From Octopus vulgaris (lineage: Eukaryota), in the NCBI GenBank assembly GCA_951406725.2, contig OX597821.1, forward strand, positions 63,860,001-63,924,000: a stretch of 64,000 bases of DNA, read 5' to 3'. The position numbers and the translations under genes were made by a program. A model generated the notes under the pieces. The model was given only the letters and a program-made list of their open reading frames with translations. It was not told the origin of the DNA and made no database searches. Position 1 is the stretch's first letter, and every line of letters starts with the position of its first letter. Positions 26,460-39,843 of this stretch are shown piece after piece.

Positions 26460-26468
<9 letters not shown>
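26221..26468. mobile_element. Inverted-repeat unit in (TA)n (arms ~26303-26370 / 26400-26468; left arm has an ~80-bp extension)
   Basis: Near-perfect reverse-complement arms read directly. Confidence 0.75.
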
Positions 26469-26507
<39 letters not shown>

Positions 26508-26566
26508 TATATACATACATATATTACATACCTACATGTATATGTACATATACATGCATATATGGG

Positions 26567-27388
26567 TATATGTTTTTTGCGTTGTACGAAAAAAGTTCAT
26601 TTCTATGTTTTTGTTTTCGTTTCTCATTTTTGATATTCTGTACCCATATATGCATGCATATATACATATATATATATATATGTAGGTATGTACATATATG
26701 TATGTATGTATATATTTATATATTATTTATATTATTATATGATCGAACGCCACGCATCCTTTTCCAAGTAAGTTTTATCTTAAAAATTCGATGCGCACTC
26801 TTCTATCTTTACTATCTATTCTCTGTCTATCTCTCTCCCTCTCTTGTTCTTCATTTTTCTGGTTTTCTCTCCCACCATTCCCTGTTCTTCTCCGCTCCTC
26901 TTCACCGTTCCCTCCCTCTCACTCCCCCTCCTCGACTCTCATGTCGCTGACACGTGACGAAATAGAATCTATCTTTCCGACCACCACCTTCGTAAAGACA
27001 ACAACGTGCTTAAACTGTTTCCTTCATAAGCACGTCTTCCTAACGTTTATAGTATAAACATTTTATTTAATTTGCTTGCGGGAAGGACTGTTTCAACGGA
27101 GTTGCGTCTTGTCCTTACCTTCGGAACGGGGAATATTCTTTATGTTGTATGTCTCGTTTCTCTGGGGTTTTTTTCGTTGTTTGAAAAGAAGTTCGTTTCG
27201 ATGTTTTTGTTTTTATGTTTTCGTTTCTCATTGTGTTCAACGTTCTTTTGATGTCCTGTACTCATATATGCATATATATATATATATATATGTAGGTATG
27301 TACATATATGTATGTATATATGCATATATTTATATATTATGTATATTATTATATGATCGAACTCCACGCATCCTTTTCCAAGTAAGTT
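26567..27388 (+). mobile_element. Direct-repeat (partial tandem pseudo-LTR-like) unit in (TA)n
   Basis: ~210-bp repeats at about 26567-26776 and 27165-27388, both ending ccacgcatccttttccaagtaagtt, flanking a ~390-bp core. Confidence 0.65.
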
Positions 27389-27514
27389 GTATATATATCT
27401 ATATCTATCTATCTATATATGTATATATATATATATATGTGTGTGTGTGTATGTGTATGTATGCATGTATGTACTTATGTATTATGTATATATATATATG
27501 TGTATATATATATA

Positions 27515-27585
<71 letters not shown>

Positions 27586-27848
27586 TTATATGTATATGTA
27601 TATATATGAATTACGATATATGTAAACAAACAAGTCTTGCTTTTATAGAAGCGTTGAGATGTATTGAAACAAAAAGACATGAAAATATTTTATTCTGAAA
27701 CGCATAATAATATTGCTGAATAGCATAAATAGGATAGAACTTCCTGAAAAAAGCGGTCATATATATTTATATGTACATATATACATATGTGTGTGTGTGT
27801 GTTCATATATAAATTTATATGTACATATATACGTGTATATATATGTAC

Positions 27849-27896
<48 letters not shown>

Positions 27897-27901
27897 GAAG
27901 G

Positions 27902-27952
27902 AGCTTCTACAGGACTAGAACTGTTTCATTCAAGAGAAATCTTCAGGAAGCT
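27902..27952 (-). ncRNA. Type I hammerhead ribozyme, intact core
   Basis: Exact reverse complement of 30028-30078. Confidence 0.88.
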
Positions 27953-28149
27953 AGTTAACAAGAATTGTATTGGCATTTATACATTTAGGCAGGTTTATAG
28001 GGGTGGTGGTGGGGGACTTTTTGGGGGTAGGCATAGCGCAAAAAAGTCATACTTGGGGAAGTGGTCAAGGAGTCAGTGGTAAATTAGATAGAAGAATAAA
28101 TAAAAGAATAAAAAAAGAATAAAAAAATATAAAATATAAAATATAAAAG

Positions 28150-28380
28150 AGTTATACGTATGTGCATGTGTATATGTATATGTATATGTATATGTATGTG
28201 TATGTGTATGTATGTACATATATGTGTGTGTGTGTGTATGTGTGTATATGTATGTATATATGTATATATATGTGTGTATGTGTAGGTGTGGGTATATATA
28301 TATGTGTGTGTGTGTATGTATATATATATGTATGTGTGTGTATGTATATATGTGTGTGTATGTATATATGTGTGTGTATA

Positions 28381-28422
<42 letters not shown>

Positions 28423-28482
28423 AATATGTGTGTGTATGTGTGCATATGTGTATGTGTGTATGTGTATGTGTGTATGTATATG

Positions 28483-28535
<53 letters not shown>

Positions 28536-28622
28536 ATGCATGTATATGTGTATGTGCGTGTATGTGTATATGTGTATGTATGTGTGTGTGTATATATGTA
28601 TATGTATGTATGTATATGTATG

Positions 28623-28665
<43 letters not shown>

Positions 28666-28844
28666 ATGTATATGTGTATGTGTATGTATTTGTATGTGTA
28701 TGCATGCGCGTATATGTTTGTATATGTATACGTGTGGGTGTGTGTATGTGTGTATATATGTATGTATGTATGGGTGTATGTATGTATGTATGTATGCGGA
28801 TGTGTGTATATATATATGTATATGTATATATATGTATATATGTG

Positions 28845-28889
<45 letters not shown>

Positions 28890-29417
28890 ATATGTGTATG
28901 TATATATATATATATATATATGTGTATATATATGTATGTATGTATTTGTATGTAGGTGTATATGTATGTGTGTATATATATTTGGTGTATATGTATAGAC
29001 TAGTCGTCTAAGATTGTAGACATGAATCTGTAGGTACGCGTATGTATGTGTATATTCGTGTATGTATGTAGATGTATGTATGTATGAATATAACGCGTGC
29101 GTGCGTGTATGTGTATGAGTGTACGAATGAGAGTGTGTGTGTGTGCTAATGAGTGTGCGTGCGTGAGTGAGTGCTTGTGCTCAAGTAGAAAGATAAAAGG
29201 GACTAGCCAAGATGTTTGTGACCAGCGGTCAAAGATAACAAAAGTAATAAATGAAGATAATAAAATTAAAATTAGGGAATGGGTTTGTAATTGTATGTAT
29301 ATATGTGTGTATGTGTAGGTATGAATAGGTACACATATGTATGTATGTATGTGTATATATATGTATGTGTGTGTGTGTGTATACATACATATATGTGTAT
29401 GAGTGGGTACACATATG

Positions 29418-29462
<45 letters not shown>

Positions 29463-29671
29463 ATACATACATATATGTGTATATGTATATATGAGTATAT
29501 AGGGACTTGTGTGTTGTGTGTGCATGTGTGTATGTGGATATGTGTGTGTATGTGAGTATGTGTATGTGTGTGTATGTATATATTTTTTGTGTGTATGTGT
29601 ATGTGTGGTCGTGTGTGTGTATATATACATGTGTGTGTGTATATGTATATGCATGTATATGTGTATGTATG

Positions 29672-29702
<31 letters not shown>

Positions 29703-29802
29703 ATGTAGATATATGTATGTATATGTGTGTGTGTGTATATATATAAATATATATATATATGGGTGTGTGTGTATGTATGTGTGTATGTATATGTGTGTGT
29801 GT
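28150..29802. repeat. Long degenerate (TA)/(TG)/(TATG)n tract with small unique islands near 29000-29290
   Basis: Direct reading. Confidence 0.95.
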
Positions 29803-30027
29803 TGAGAATTTCCTTATTTACCTAAAACTCTATTCTTCTATATAATTTTATATTTTTTTATTCTTTTTTTATTCTTTTATTTATTCTTCTATCTAATTTA
29901 CCACTAACTCCTTGACCACTCCCCCAAGTATGATTTTTTTGCGCTATGCCTACCCCCAAAAAGTCCCCCACCACCACCCCTATAAACCTGCCTAAATATA
30001 TAAATGCCAATACAATTCTTGTTAACT

Positions 30028-30078
30028 AGCTTCCTGAAGATTTCTCTTGAATGAAACAGTTCTAGTCCTGTAGAAGCT
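30028..30078 (+). ncRNA. Type I hammerhead ribozyme, intact core
   Basis: agcttc-CTGAAGA-t ttc tctt gaa t-GAAA-cag(ttctagtc)ctg-TA-gaagct: 6-bp stem I, 4-bp stem III, GUA cleavage triplet; predicted cut after 30072. Confidence 0.88.
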
Positions 30079-30253
30079 CCTTCTATATAATAAATTAATT
30101 TTACTCTGCTATGTATTGAGTACCTTATTTACTGTGGTTAACCCCGAATCAACCCGGGACCTACATATATATATATATATATATATGTACATATATATAT
30201 ATATATGTACATATATATATACATACATATATAAACATATATATATATACATA

Positions 30254-30303
<50 letters not shown>

Positions 30304-30578
30304 CACATATATGGCAGTGCCTAAACATGGTAACATTCTCTTGTTGAAACGAATAACAGAATCAAGTACTAGGGTCGATATAATTACAATCCATTTCTGC
30401 CTCTCCGCAAAAGCTGCTGGCCCTGTGCCAAAATTTGAAACCATGACTTTTAGATCTACTTCGAAATTCAGTTCCAAAAACATATTCTGTCGGAAGTTTA
30501 TAGATACTTATAATAGATAGATAGACAGACAGACAGGTAGAGAGACAGACAGACAGATTGACAGACATACAGATAGAC

Positions 30579-30672
<94 letters not shown>

Positions 30673-30710
30673 GTAGATAGATTGGTAGATAGATAGATAG
30701 ATATATAGAC

Positions 30711-30764
<54 letters not shown>

Positions 30765-30796
30765 TCAGAAAGATAGGTAGAAAGATATATATATAT

Positions 30797-30862
<66 letters not shown>

Positions 30863-32679
30863 GTGTGTTGGATAACATGGTTTTATAATATGTTATGAAA
30901 TGAGTGTCGTACTTAATTATCTGTTTAATTCCTTTCGGAGATGTAGCAATGGGGATGTTGAAAATACTTAGTCACAAGACTACACAGTTGAGAGGAGTGT
31001 TAGATCGAATTAACCGAATTCCCTTCTTAAATAGTACTTTATTTTATCGATCCTTGAAGGAAGAGAAGCAAAGTTCATCAGTGTGGGGATTGAAATCAGA
31101 AAGTAAAGCACTGGAGGGTATACCACAATGCATTTTCTCAAATGCATGTTGTTGGGAGAAATGAGTGTATTTTGTTTAACTCTTGTACAGCCGAAAGCAG
31201 ATATATCCAATCAAAATTTCATTACCATTAATTGCGGAAAGCAATTTTATATACAAATTTATCTTTTATTGAGGAATGTCATGTTTCAAACTATTTTCTG
31301 TTGAGATTTTGTCAAGTTTATTGAGGCAGCGTGACTTACAGAAAATACCAATTCTATTGGGGCTTTCTGGGTATTTTTTTGATTTTTTTCCTTTTCGTTG
31401 ATATTTAACATCATTACTAGAATAACCATGAAATTTAATTTCACGGAGAAAAGGTTGAAGAGGTTGTAGCATGTGATTGGTAATTGCATTTATCGATCCC
31501 GTAATTAAGATAGTTGTATGTTACTTCCGTGATGTTTGAACCCAGAGCATTCATATATTGCAAAGGTATTTTATTTGTTGTTCAACAGATTTTGTCGATC
31601 TACAATCCTCGCAACTATTGAGATATTATGAATAACAATACGCAAACATTTACAAACCATATCCTGATTATTAGATTCTTTCCGTTTATAGAACATAATT
31701 TTCATACCGGCAAACATAAATTTATTTTTGATTATACACGGAAGATTTCTGCTATTATATTAGAGGTGAGACTTGCGAAATTTATGCCATCCATGAGATC
31801 ATTACAAGCATGAAAGAATATACATTACCATAGTATCGGTTATAAGTGCACCGTTCTCTCGGATTGCTTTTATAGCACTGAACGATAAGTTGCAAAATGT
31901 CACATGCATAAAGATTTTCAAATGCATTTATTTATAAGAGAAACTCATAACTTTACGACTTAGACCATTCTGGGTTTACTTGTTTTAACTTAGAATTCTT
32001 TGCCACTATCATTCTAGTTATTGCTGAGTAATGTCCTTATGCTAATAACATTTATATTTCAATAAATAGTTTGTCAACCGCTGGGAATTGGAGCGTTCTA
32101 GCTTCTCGTATTTTGTACGAAAATAAGTTTTGAAATTACAGATCACTGTCCCTCTTTCTAACCTATTAGACTACACTCAGCTCTCTCCTCTCAGCATTTA
32201 TCTTACGTTTCAGATAATTTGTCATTTAAGTCAGAGTTATGGCCAGCGAAACTGCTATACATTTTACGTATAATGACAGTGTTTAGGTGTCCAATATTTC
32301 TATATAAACTACTGATCTTGATTTCAACAGGGCAGTCCGTAATGTAATATTAGAGTATCTCGTTTACTCGTGACATTTTCTGTCATGTATTTATACATAT
32401 ATCCAAGTTTTCGCCGTATATTACACCATCATTATATGTAGAAATATTGTATCCTTTTACTTGCCTTCCTAATATTTCAAAATTTCTCTGTCAATATTTT
32501 CCTTCTTACTTTCATTTCTTCTTTCTATCACTCTATATTAACTTACTCTTGACTATTATACAGCTACTTGTGACATTTCCCCCATACGTACACACACAAA
32601 CACACATATACGCACAAACACTCACTTTACATATAAACGTAAGTATAAATGCATGAACACAGACACAGACACACGCATA

Positions 32680-32736
<57 letters not shown>

Positions 32737-34275
32737 GTACATACATATATGTATATATGTGAGTGTGTGTGTGTGTGTGCATCTATATATATACATACAT
32801 GTATAATGCAGGAATGTATTGCTACGTTTTTAAACAAACGACAGCAAATTAAGTGACTAACGATATAGCGAGATCACGAAAATGATACTTCATAAATATT
32901 TCTATGCTATTTTGTTATTGCCGATAGAATTCAGCAACTTCAAAGTCTGTTAATGTTCAAACGGTTATTTTTGAAAAATATATAAAAATATATAAAATAA
33001 AAATAAAAATAAAAACAAGAACACTTGACTACTGAAATATTGAATAATTACCAATAGTGTGATGAATATTGAAGTGTTGGTTGAAAATTACATTACATCA
33101 GCTGATAATTTCTTTCTCTCTAAAACCGAGACATATATATCACAGGTATTCAAACGATACTATCATTTGTCGGTTATTGTTTTTATTTCTGTTACTTTTT
33201 TCTGTTTTGTGTGTGTAATTTTGCTTCTAAGTGCTAAGTGTTAAAGCTAGATATAGTAATGACTTTTCTCTACCTAACTGAGCGAAATTATGCTATTGCC
33301 TTTTCGCTGGTGTGAATTTGTTTCAACTTCAAGACACTGATTTGGAGGAGATACGTCGAAACAATGGGCAGCAACTAAGGTGTGATGCCATTGGGACAGT
33401 GCAAGCGAGTTCTTTTATAGACTCTACAACATGCTGCGCTTGACATAGACCAGTATGCAGAGGGCCGTTAACATCGCAGTGCAAAGAGCACAATAACTTT
33501 TTGGGGGTTATGGCTCAAGGTATGTGAGTTCTTAAAGAAGTGCTAACTAGAGCAGTATTAACTGTCATCAAGATGAGGCCACCTGGGTAATTTTATCTGA
33601 TTGTTAAAAGACCTGAAACACCTAATGATTCAAGGAAGAATTACGGATGATCTGTCTAGATATATTACAGGATAGTGTACGGAATATAATATCTGGTGCT
33701 GTTATAGCTGTTCCTTAGTCCCTATTCATCCCTGACGAAGAAACATTATGATCAAAAACATTCAAGCCGTGGACATTTCGTTTTTCTCTCAGACATTGTA
33801 CAGATAGAACTCATATTACCCAGACTCCTTTGTATTTTAAAAGGACACAAGGATATGAGAAGGATATGATTATTATTTCAAGGTAGCCGAGATCTATTAA
33901 CGTTGTTGACTTATAGCTCTAAAACCACATGACAGCGTGTGAGTATATCTGACATCGTTAAACGGTGACCATACAATCTTAACTTTCAGGCAATACGCAT
34001 GCGCGATAAAGCATCTGTTGCCTACTTTCACTTTAGGTTGCGTGAGATTTATTCATTTTGGTGATTACTTGTAGCTGCCCCACTGTTTATTTAAGGAACC
34101 CCTACTATTGTACAGGAGAATGTTATTCAGGTTAAACATCACATATGCAGGAAGATGTTGGTTTAGTAAGAGGTATTGTGTATCAAGCGAATTCTGTTCG
34201 CATAGATTTTGAACATGATGAATAAATGAATGAATATACATACAGGCGCACACGCACACACACACATACTAACAT

Positions 34276-34434
<159 letters not shown>

Positions 34435-35360
34435 GGGTATATAGACAGACAGATAGACAGATAAAGAGACAGAGAAGGAGGGAGAGGAAGAAAAACATTC
34501 TTCCAGAATTTTATCATGAAGGATAAAAGAAGGAACGTTTATACATTTTTAACAAAAATATGCAACTGCTTTCGATCTTTAAACAAGACAATTTACCCAT
34601 TTTGAAATAAAATGGGAAATAATTTATAATAAAATGAAATAAATTAATCTTTCGTGATATCAGTTCTGGATATTCCCATTTTTGTTCTCACAAAAGCACA
34701 TAGTGCTGAAATTTCGTTTCCTTTTGATTATTGTTTGATCATCCTATCAGTAGCAGAAACATGTCTGGCTATTAGTTGTAGAAACAGTAGGGGGGGATAA
34801 GTGGTAGGAGCACCAACAACAGTAATCCTAATGACTATAGTAGACATGGTTGTATTCATCTGACACGTAGCAGAAACAGTTGCAGTAAGGTTGGTGGTAG
34901 TTGTCTCCCTTTCTCTCTCACAGGTATTTAGATGCAGTTGGTATTTGGTTAAGAAGGTTATTTATAAGTTAAAGCATTTTTGTTGAGTAATCACTAAATT
35001 GATATTGGAGAAAACTGTAAATTTTCGGTATTATCAGCATATTAAAAATTGTATTATTCGGTTATTTTAACACAGAACTGTAAATCCACAGAATCAAAAT
35101 ATGTAATCTTTATCCATCACATATTCTATATCCTCTTCCTTCTCTCTCTCCCAGTCTGTCTCTCTTTCGATATATATATATTCTTTTATTCTTTTACTTG
35201 TTTTAGTCATTCGACAGCCGCCATTCCGGAGCACCATCTTTTAGTCGAAGAAATCGACCCAAGGGCATACATTTTAAGTCAGGTGCCACACACGTAAAGG
35301 AAAATAAATAAAATATATACATATAAGATATATTTATATATATATATATATGTATGTATG

Positions 35361-35460
<100 letters not shown>

Positions 35461-35504
35461 TGAGTGTGTGTGTATGTGTGCGTATGTATTTATATATATA
35501 TAAA

Positions 35505-36168
35505 ACAAAGTAAATTTGTAATGTTGCACACAAGTGAAAATATATATGAAAGAAGTTTTGAAAATGCAATTTTAAAGATGTTTATTGACTTAACCGGTTT
35601 CACTTCTTTAGAAAAAGATTGTCAAAAGCAAAAGGTAAAGCTGTGTATAAGCATTGTTGTGTTGAGTACTGGTTATCACAAAAGTATTAAAATACAGTTA
35701 TACTTTCTTTGATAATGATAAGAAAATGTTAAAAACAGTTTACAAGGAAGTATTCAAGAAAGTATTCAGAACGGGACTACAGTAATTATTATGAGTTCAA
35801 TAAAAATCATGTTTGTTTGGTAGTATATATATATACACAGAGATATATTTAAGAATTTACAAAAAATTAGACCAGTCTGATATTCTCTGTTTTGTCAGAA
35901 AATGTCAGAGAGACAGGTCAGTTATTCCTCTCCAATTTTTTGTAAATTCTTAAATATATCCCCTACCAAACAAACTTGATTTTAATTGAACTCATAATAT
36001 TTATTGTAGTCCCGTTCTGAATACTTTCTTAAATACTTTCTTGTAAACTGTTTTTAATATTTTCTTATCATTATCAAAGAATGTATAATTGCATTTTAAT
36101 ACTTATGTGATAACCAGTACTCAACACAACAAAGCTTATACAAAGATTTACTTTTTGCTTTTGACAAT

Positions 36169-36172
<4 letters not shown>
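35505..36172. mobile_element. Long inverted-repeat unit in (TA)n (arms 35614-35871 / 35931-36172)
   Basis: Diverged ~250-bp arms with a 60-bp spacer; the left arm extends outward and holds a variant HHR-like motif on the minus strand at 35588-35629 (gctt-TTGACAA-stem-GAAA-ccgg-TT-aagt). Confidence 0.8.
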
Positions 36173-36226
<54 letters not shown>

Positions 36227-36331
36227 GAAGGAACCACATGAAGAACTACATCGCTAAAAATAGACGTCAAAAATACTTCTGTACCACAGAAGTATATATA
36301 TATATATATATGTTTTGCTTACACATATATT

Positions 36332-36366
<35 letters not shown>

Positions 36367-36586
36367 AAGCAAAACAGTGTCTCCAAGTGACTTTCGGGCT
36401 CTGAGTAAGTGGTTTGTTCTATTTGAAAATCTGGTATATGAGGAAGCACGAGAGAGAAAAAAACCGAGGAAACTGCTGATGTAAAAAGTGAAATGGGAAG
36501 AATAAGAGTGAATAAAAACGGGAAAATAACGGAAAGTTAGAGTAACGCCCAGTAGAAATCATAATTAAACTAATTGTTACAGAATA

Positions 36587-37021
36587 TCGTAAATCCTGGA
36601 GTATAGTCCGCCCTTGAGTATAATACGCAGGGGACTTTTAGGGAGCTGTACCTCTGAAAAACCTAAACCTTGAGTATAATACGCACCCCTTCTCTAACTT
36701 GAGGCAAGAAGGTCTATATAACGTCCTTGGTTTGTAAAAAATGTATACGGTAACGTACCATATTATTATTGTATATATAACATAAGGTAAACGTGTAACA
36801 TTTTTTGTGCATTTTGTTTGCAGAAAATAAAGAAATAACAGTAATAACGTTTAATAAATGTTGCTTACTGCAAGTTATGGATGATTTAAGGCATTTTCGC
36901 GCTCGACATCACAAAATGCTTAGAAAATAATTTTCATTTTTAATCTCCTATATAATACGCACTATGGATTTTGACCTTTAAATTTTGGGGGGAAATGCGG
37001 ATTATACTCGAGGATTTACAG
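36587..37021. mobile_element. pogo/Tigger-type MITE
   Basis: TIRs tcgtaaatcctggagtatagtccgc / gcggattatactcgaggatttacag, TA on both sides, internal repeats of gagtataatacgca. Confidence 0.85.
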
Positions 37022-37319
37022 TAATTCAACGGAGACCAATTCTGTGAGACTACTGTTGAATCCAGAGGGGGTGGTGTTCTCGAGTTTGCCAAATGAAATA
37101 TGAATGCTTACTTTTGCTACAAACAAGAAAAATCTCTGGCTAACATCGTGTCCTATTAGCAAGAAAGCATTGGTGGCTCTTAAGCTCATATTTTATTACA
37201 GTGCACATTAAAGGATATTTATCTCTCACTGGATGGAATACTTATTTGTTGATCTTACCTACACAAAACAGTAAACTACACACACACAAACACATACACA
37301 AACACAGACACAGACACAG

Positions 37320-37364
<45 letters not shown>

Positions 37365-38820
37365 AATATATATAAAGGAAGAACAACATAGGTTTTTGTA
37401 TGTTTTTGATCACTAATATTACTTTATATGAGAAATCAATACAGATCAGCAAGATCTACAACAGAAGTACACATTTTGCTTGTTTTGTTTACACTGGTAT
37501 TTCTCTATGCTGGCTCTATAATATGTATTTCTCAATAATTTTGCTAGCGTAAATTTCTATTTATTTGTTACATTATTTTGTTTATGTATTCATTTATTTA
37601 TCTTGCTCTTAGACGAATTTTGCGTCTTAAAAAGCAGCTGATGATGGAGACTCTATGAGATTCTGCAAAAGATCAGATTACTTAAATATTAATTCTTAAC
37701 ACTTATATGCAGCATACTACTAGCTGATAAGAAGAGGAAGAGAGTTTTATCATTGTAGTTAATAGAGTCATTAAAAGAATTATCTAAACAATACTTAGTT
37801 TCCATCACTAAGTTCGTGAGTTGAATGAGACTAGTCTAAGTAGATGATGATTATATGAATGTTGTAAGGTTTTGAGAATGCTTCGATAATTATGTCTGTA
37901 GTTTTAAAACACAGACAAAGCAATTGATATAAATCACAATACTTCAAGTAAATTCTTCTCTAAGACACATCTAAATTTCAAGTAAGTGCTACTATGCTGT
38001 AAATCTCTTTAGTTTCTTTACGTTGAATTCATCCATTCAGATTATGGAAAATACCTACAAATGCTAGAAATAGCGACATTTGAACAAATTTTAATCCTAT
38101 CGTGTTCAACTTTCGTTAGAATGTTAAGAATTGTCTAAAATGAAAATATAAACAAAGTGGATGCCATCGCATTTTGATTATCTTATGCAAAAACCTAATT
38201 CTAATCTTTTACTTCTAAAATCTATTGTCTCCTTGGATTATTTCAAAGGAAATTGATATAAGTGTTCCGAATTTATTTCAGAATATTGTAAATGTTCACA
38301 ACCAAATGGCAGCAAGATGCGTAAATGCATTTCTCAACACACGTAAATGTTTTTTTCCCGAATCTCACTAAATGGAAGGAGATAAAGCATTTCAGATGAA
38401 TATAGTAGAGACATGAAGTCACACACAATTCCTCATTCACCTATGTATTTATAACATTATGTAGGAACGTCAGTTTGAACATAAGTAGAAAACTGAAAAA
38501 CACTTCATCCAATATGGGTAATTCTACATCACAAGCGCTTCTAAAAATGAATACAAAATTCTCCATCACACCACATACTGCACCATAAAGGAAAGCATTC
38601 AACAGATGCTGTATTCATTGTTACGTTATACTCTAAGGAAAAAAACGGGGTGGTCACACATAAAATATCATACTGCACAGGCTTTGCAAGTGTGATCGGA
38701 ATTGACCTTCATCTAAAAAATAATTATGACAACCAACATATCAATATCAAAGTAAAGATTAGTGTCACAATTTATTCGAACTTTAAATCCGAAATGTTAA
38801 TCTAATTAATTTGGGAAATA

Positions 38821-39221
38821 TAGGCGTAGGAGTAGCTGTGTGGTAAGTAGCTTGCTTACCAACCAGTGGTTCCGGGTTCAGTTCCACTGCGTGGCACCTT
38901 GGGCAAGTGTCTTCTATATAGCCTCGGGCCAACCAAAGCCTTGTGAATGGATTTGGTAGACGGAAACTGAAAGAAGCCCATCGTATATATGTATATGTAT
39001 ATGTATGTGTGTGTTTGTGTGTCTGTGTTTGTCCCACCACCAACATTATTTGACAATCGATGCTGCTGTGTTTAATCCCCATAACTTAGCGGTTCGGCAT
39101 AAAATACCGATAGAATAATTACTAGGCTTCCAAAGAATAAGTCCTGGGGTCGATTTGCTCTACTAAAGGCGGTGCGACAGCATGGCCGCAGTCAAATGAC
39201 TGAAACAAGTGAAAGAGTAAA
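38821..39221 (+). mobile_element. SINE family A, full length
   Basis: Complete head, internal microsatellite and tail; fragments also at about 10480-10760, 19150-19505, 35180-35275, 44005-44110 and 63351-63460. Confidence 0.92.
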
Positions 39222-39657
39222 TGGTAAACTTGACCTAGTAACAACAACTCTTCAATAACAACTGGATTTTATAGTCCGAATGACATTCTAATTTCTCGTT
39301 ACTGCCCAGTAATGCAAAGGTCATATTACTAATGCCTTAACGACCTTCATTGAAGACGCTCGAGCATATTTCTTAGCAGTCAAGACCGAAAAGTATTCAC
39401 AAAAAATATCTAGTTTTAATTATTTTTGTATGTACGTCAGTATTGTACACGTCCAAAAAGATTCTACGTCACGTATGGGCAAACGTTTCCGATAAGTGGG
39501 CCGCATGAAATATGGCTCATCATCAAACGGGTCACACTAGTAAAAACGTTGGATAATTTTCGTTAGCGTGCCATTCAGAAATCCCCACAGGCAGCAATTT
39601 GCCTATGACTGACTGCACTATGTAGTGAAGCGACCTGGAAGACAGTAAATACCCCTC

Positions 39658-39843
39658 AAAAACAACATCGAAAAATGTCTTAAGAATGAGAACCCAGGTT
39701 CGAAATTTCCCTAAGACACCTGATGAAGGCTGGAGGGTATATCATCCGAAACGTGGTAACAACAAAGATGAGGACAAATATCCGTCAAATCTAAATAATG
39801 TAAATAACGTATATAATTCCTCATCTCTTAAATATAGAACCGT
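39658..39843 (+). mobile_element. Family D tail, solo copy with best HHR-like core
   Basis: CTGATGA(39720-39726)-a-ggctg..catcc-GAAA-cg...cg-TC, plus the ~33-bp terminal tail. Confidence 0.85.

Larger units (their letters stand above)
27888..30164. mobile_element. PLE-type inverted pseudo-LTR pair enclosing ~1.7 kb of (TA/TG)n
   Basis: Arms 27888-28138 and 29841-30092 are near-identical reverse complements; the plus arm extends to ~30164; each arm carries an HHR. Confidence 0.85.

Noticed and set aside
28000-28031. G-quadruplex-like run
   Set aside because: Part of the pseudo-LTR arm; no evidence of a separate function.
28073-29805. Long ORFs of up to 278 aa (YI/CV/HT repeats)
   Set aside because: Translations of stop-free dinucleotide microsatellite; the same applies to most of the ORF track.
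37630-37845. Two partial HHR-like patterns (CTGATGA+hairpin; GAGA ctag TC)
   Set aside because: Each lacks one conserved box; too degenerate to call.
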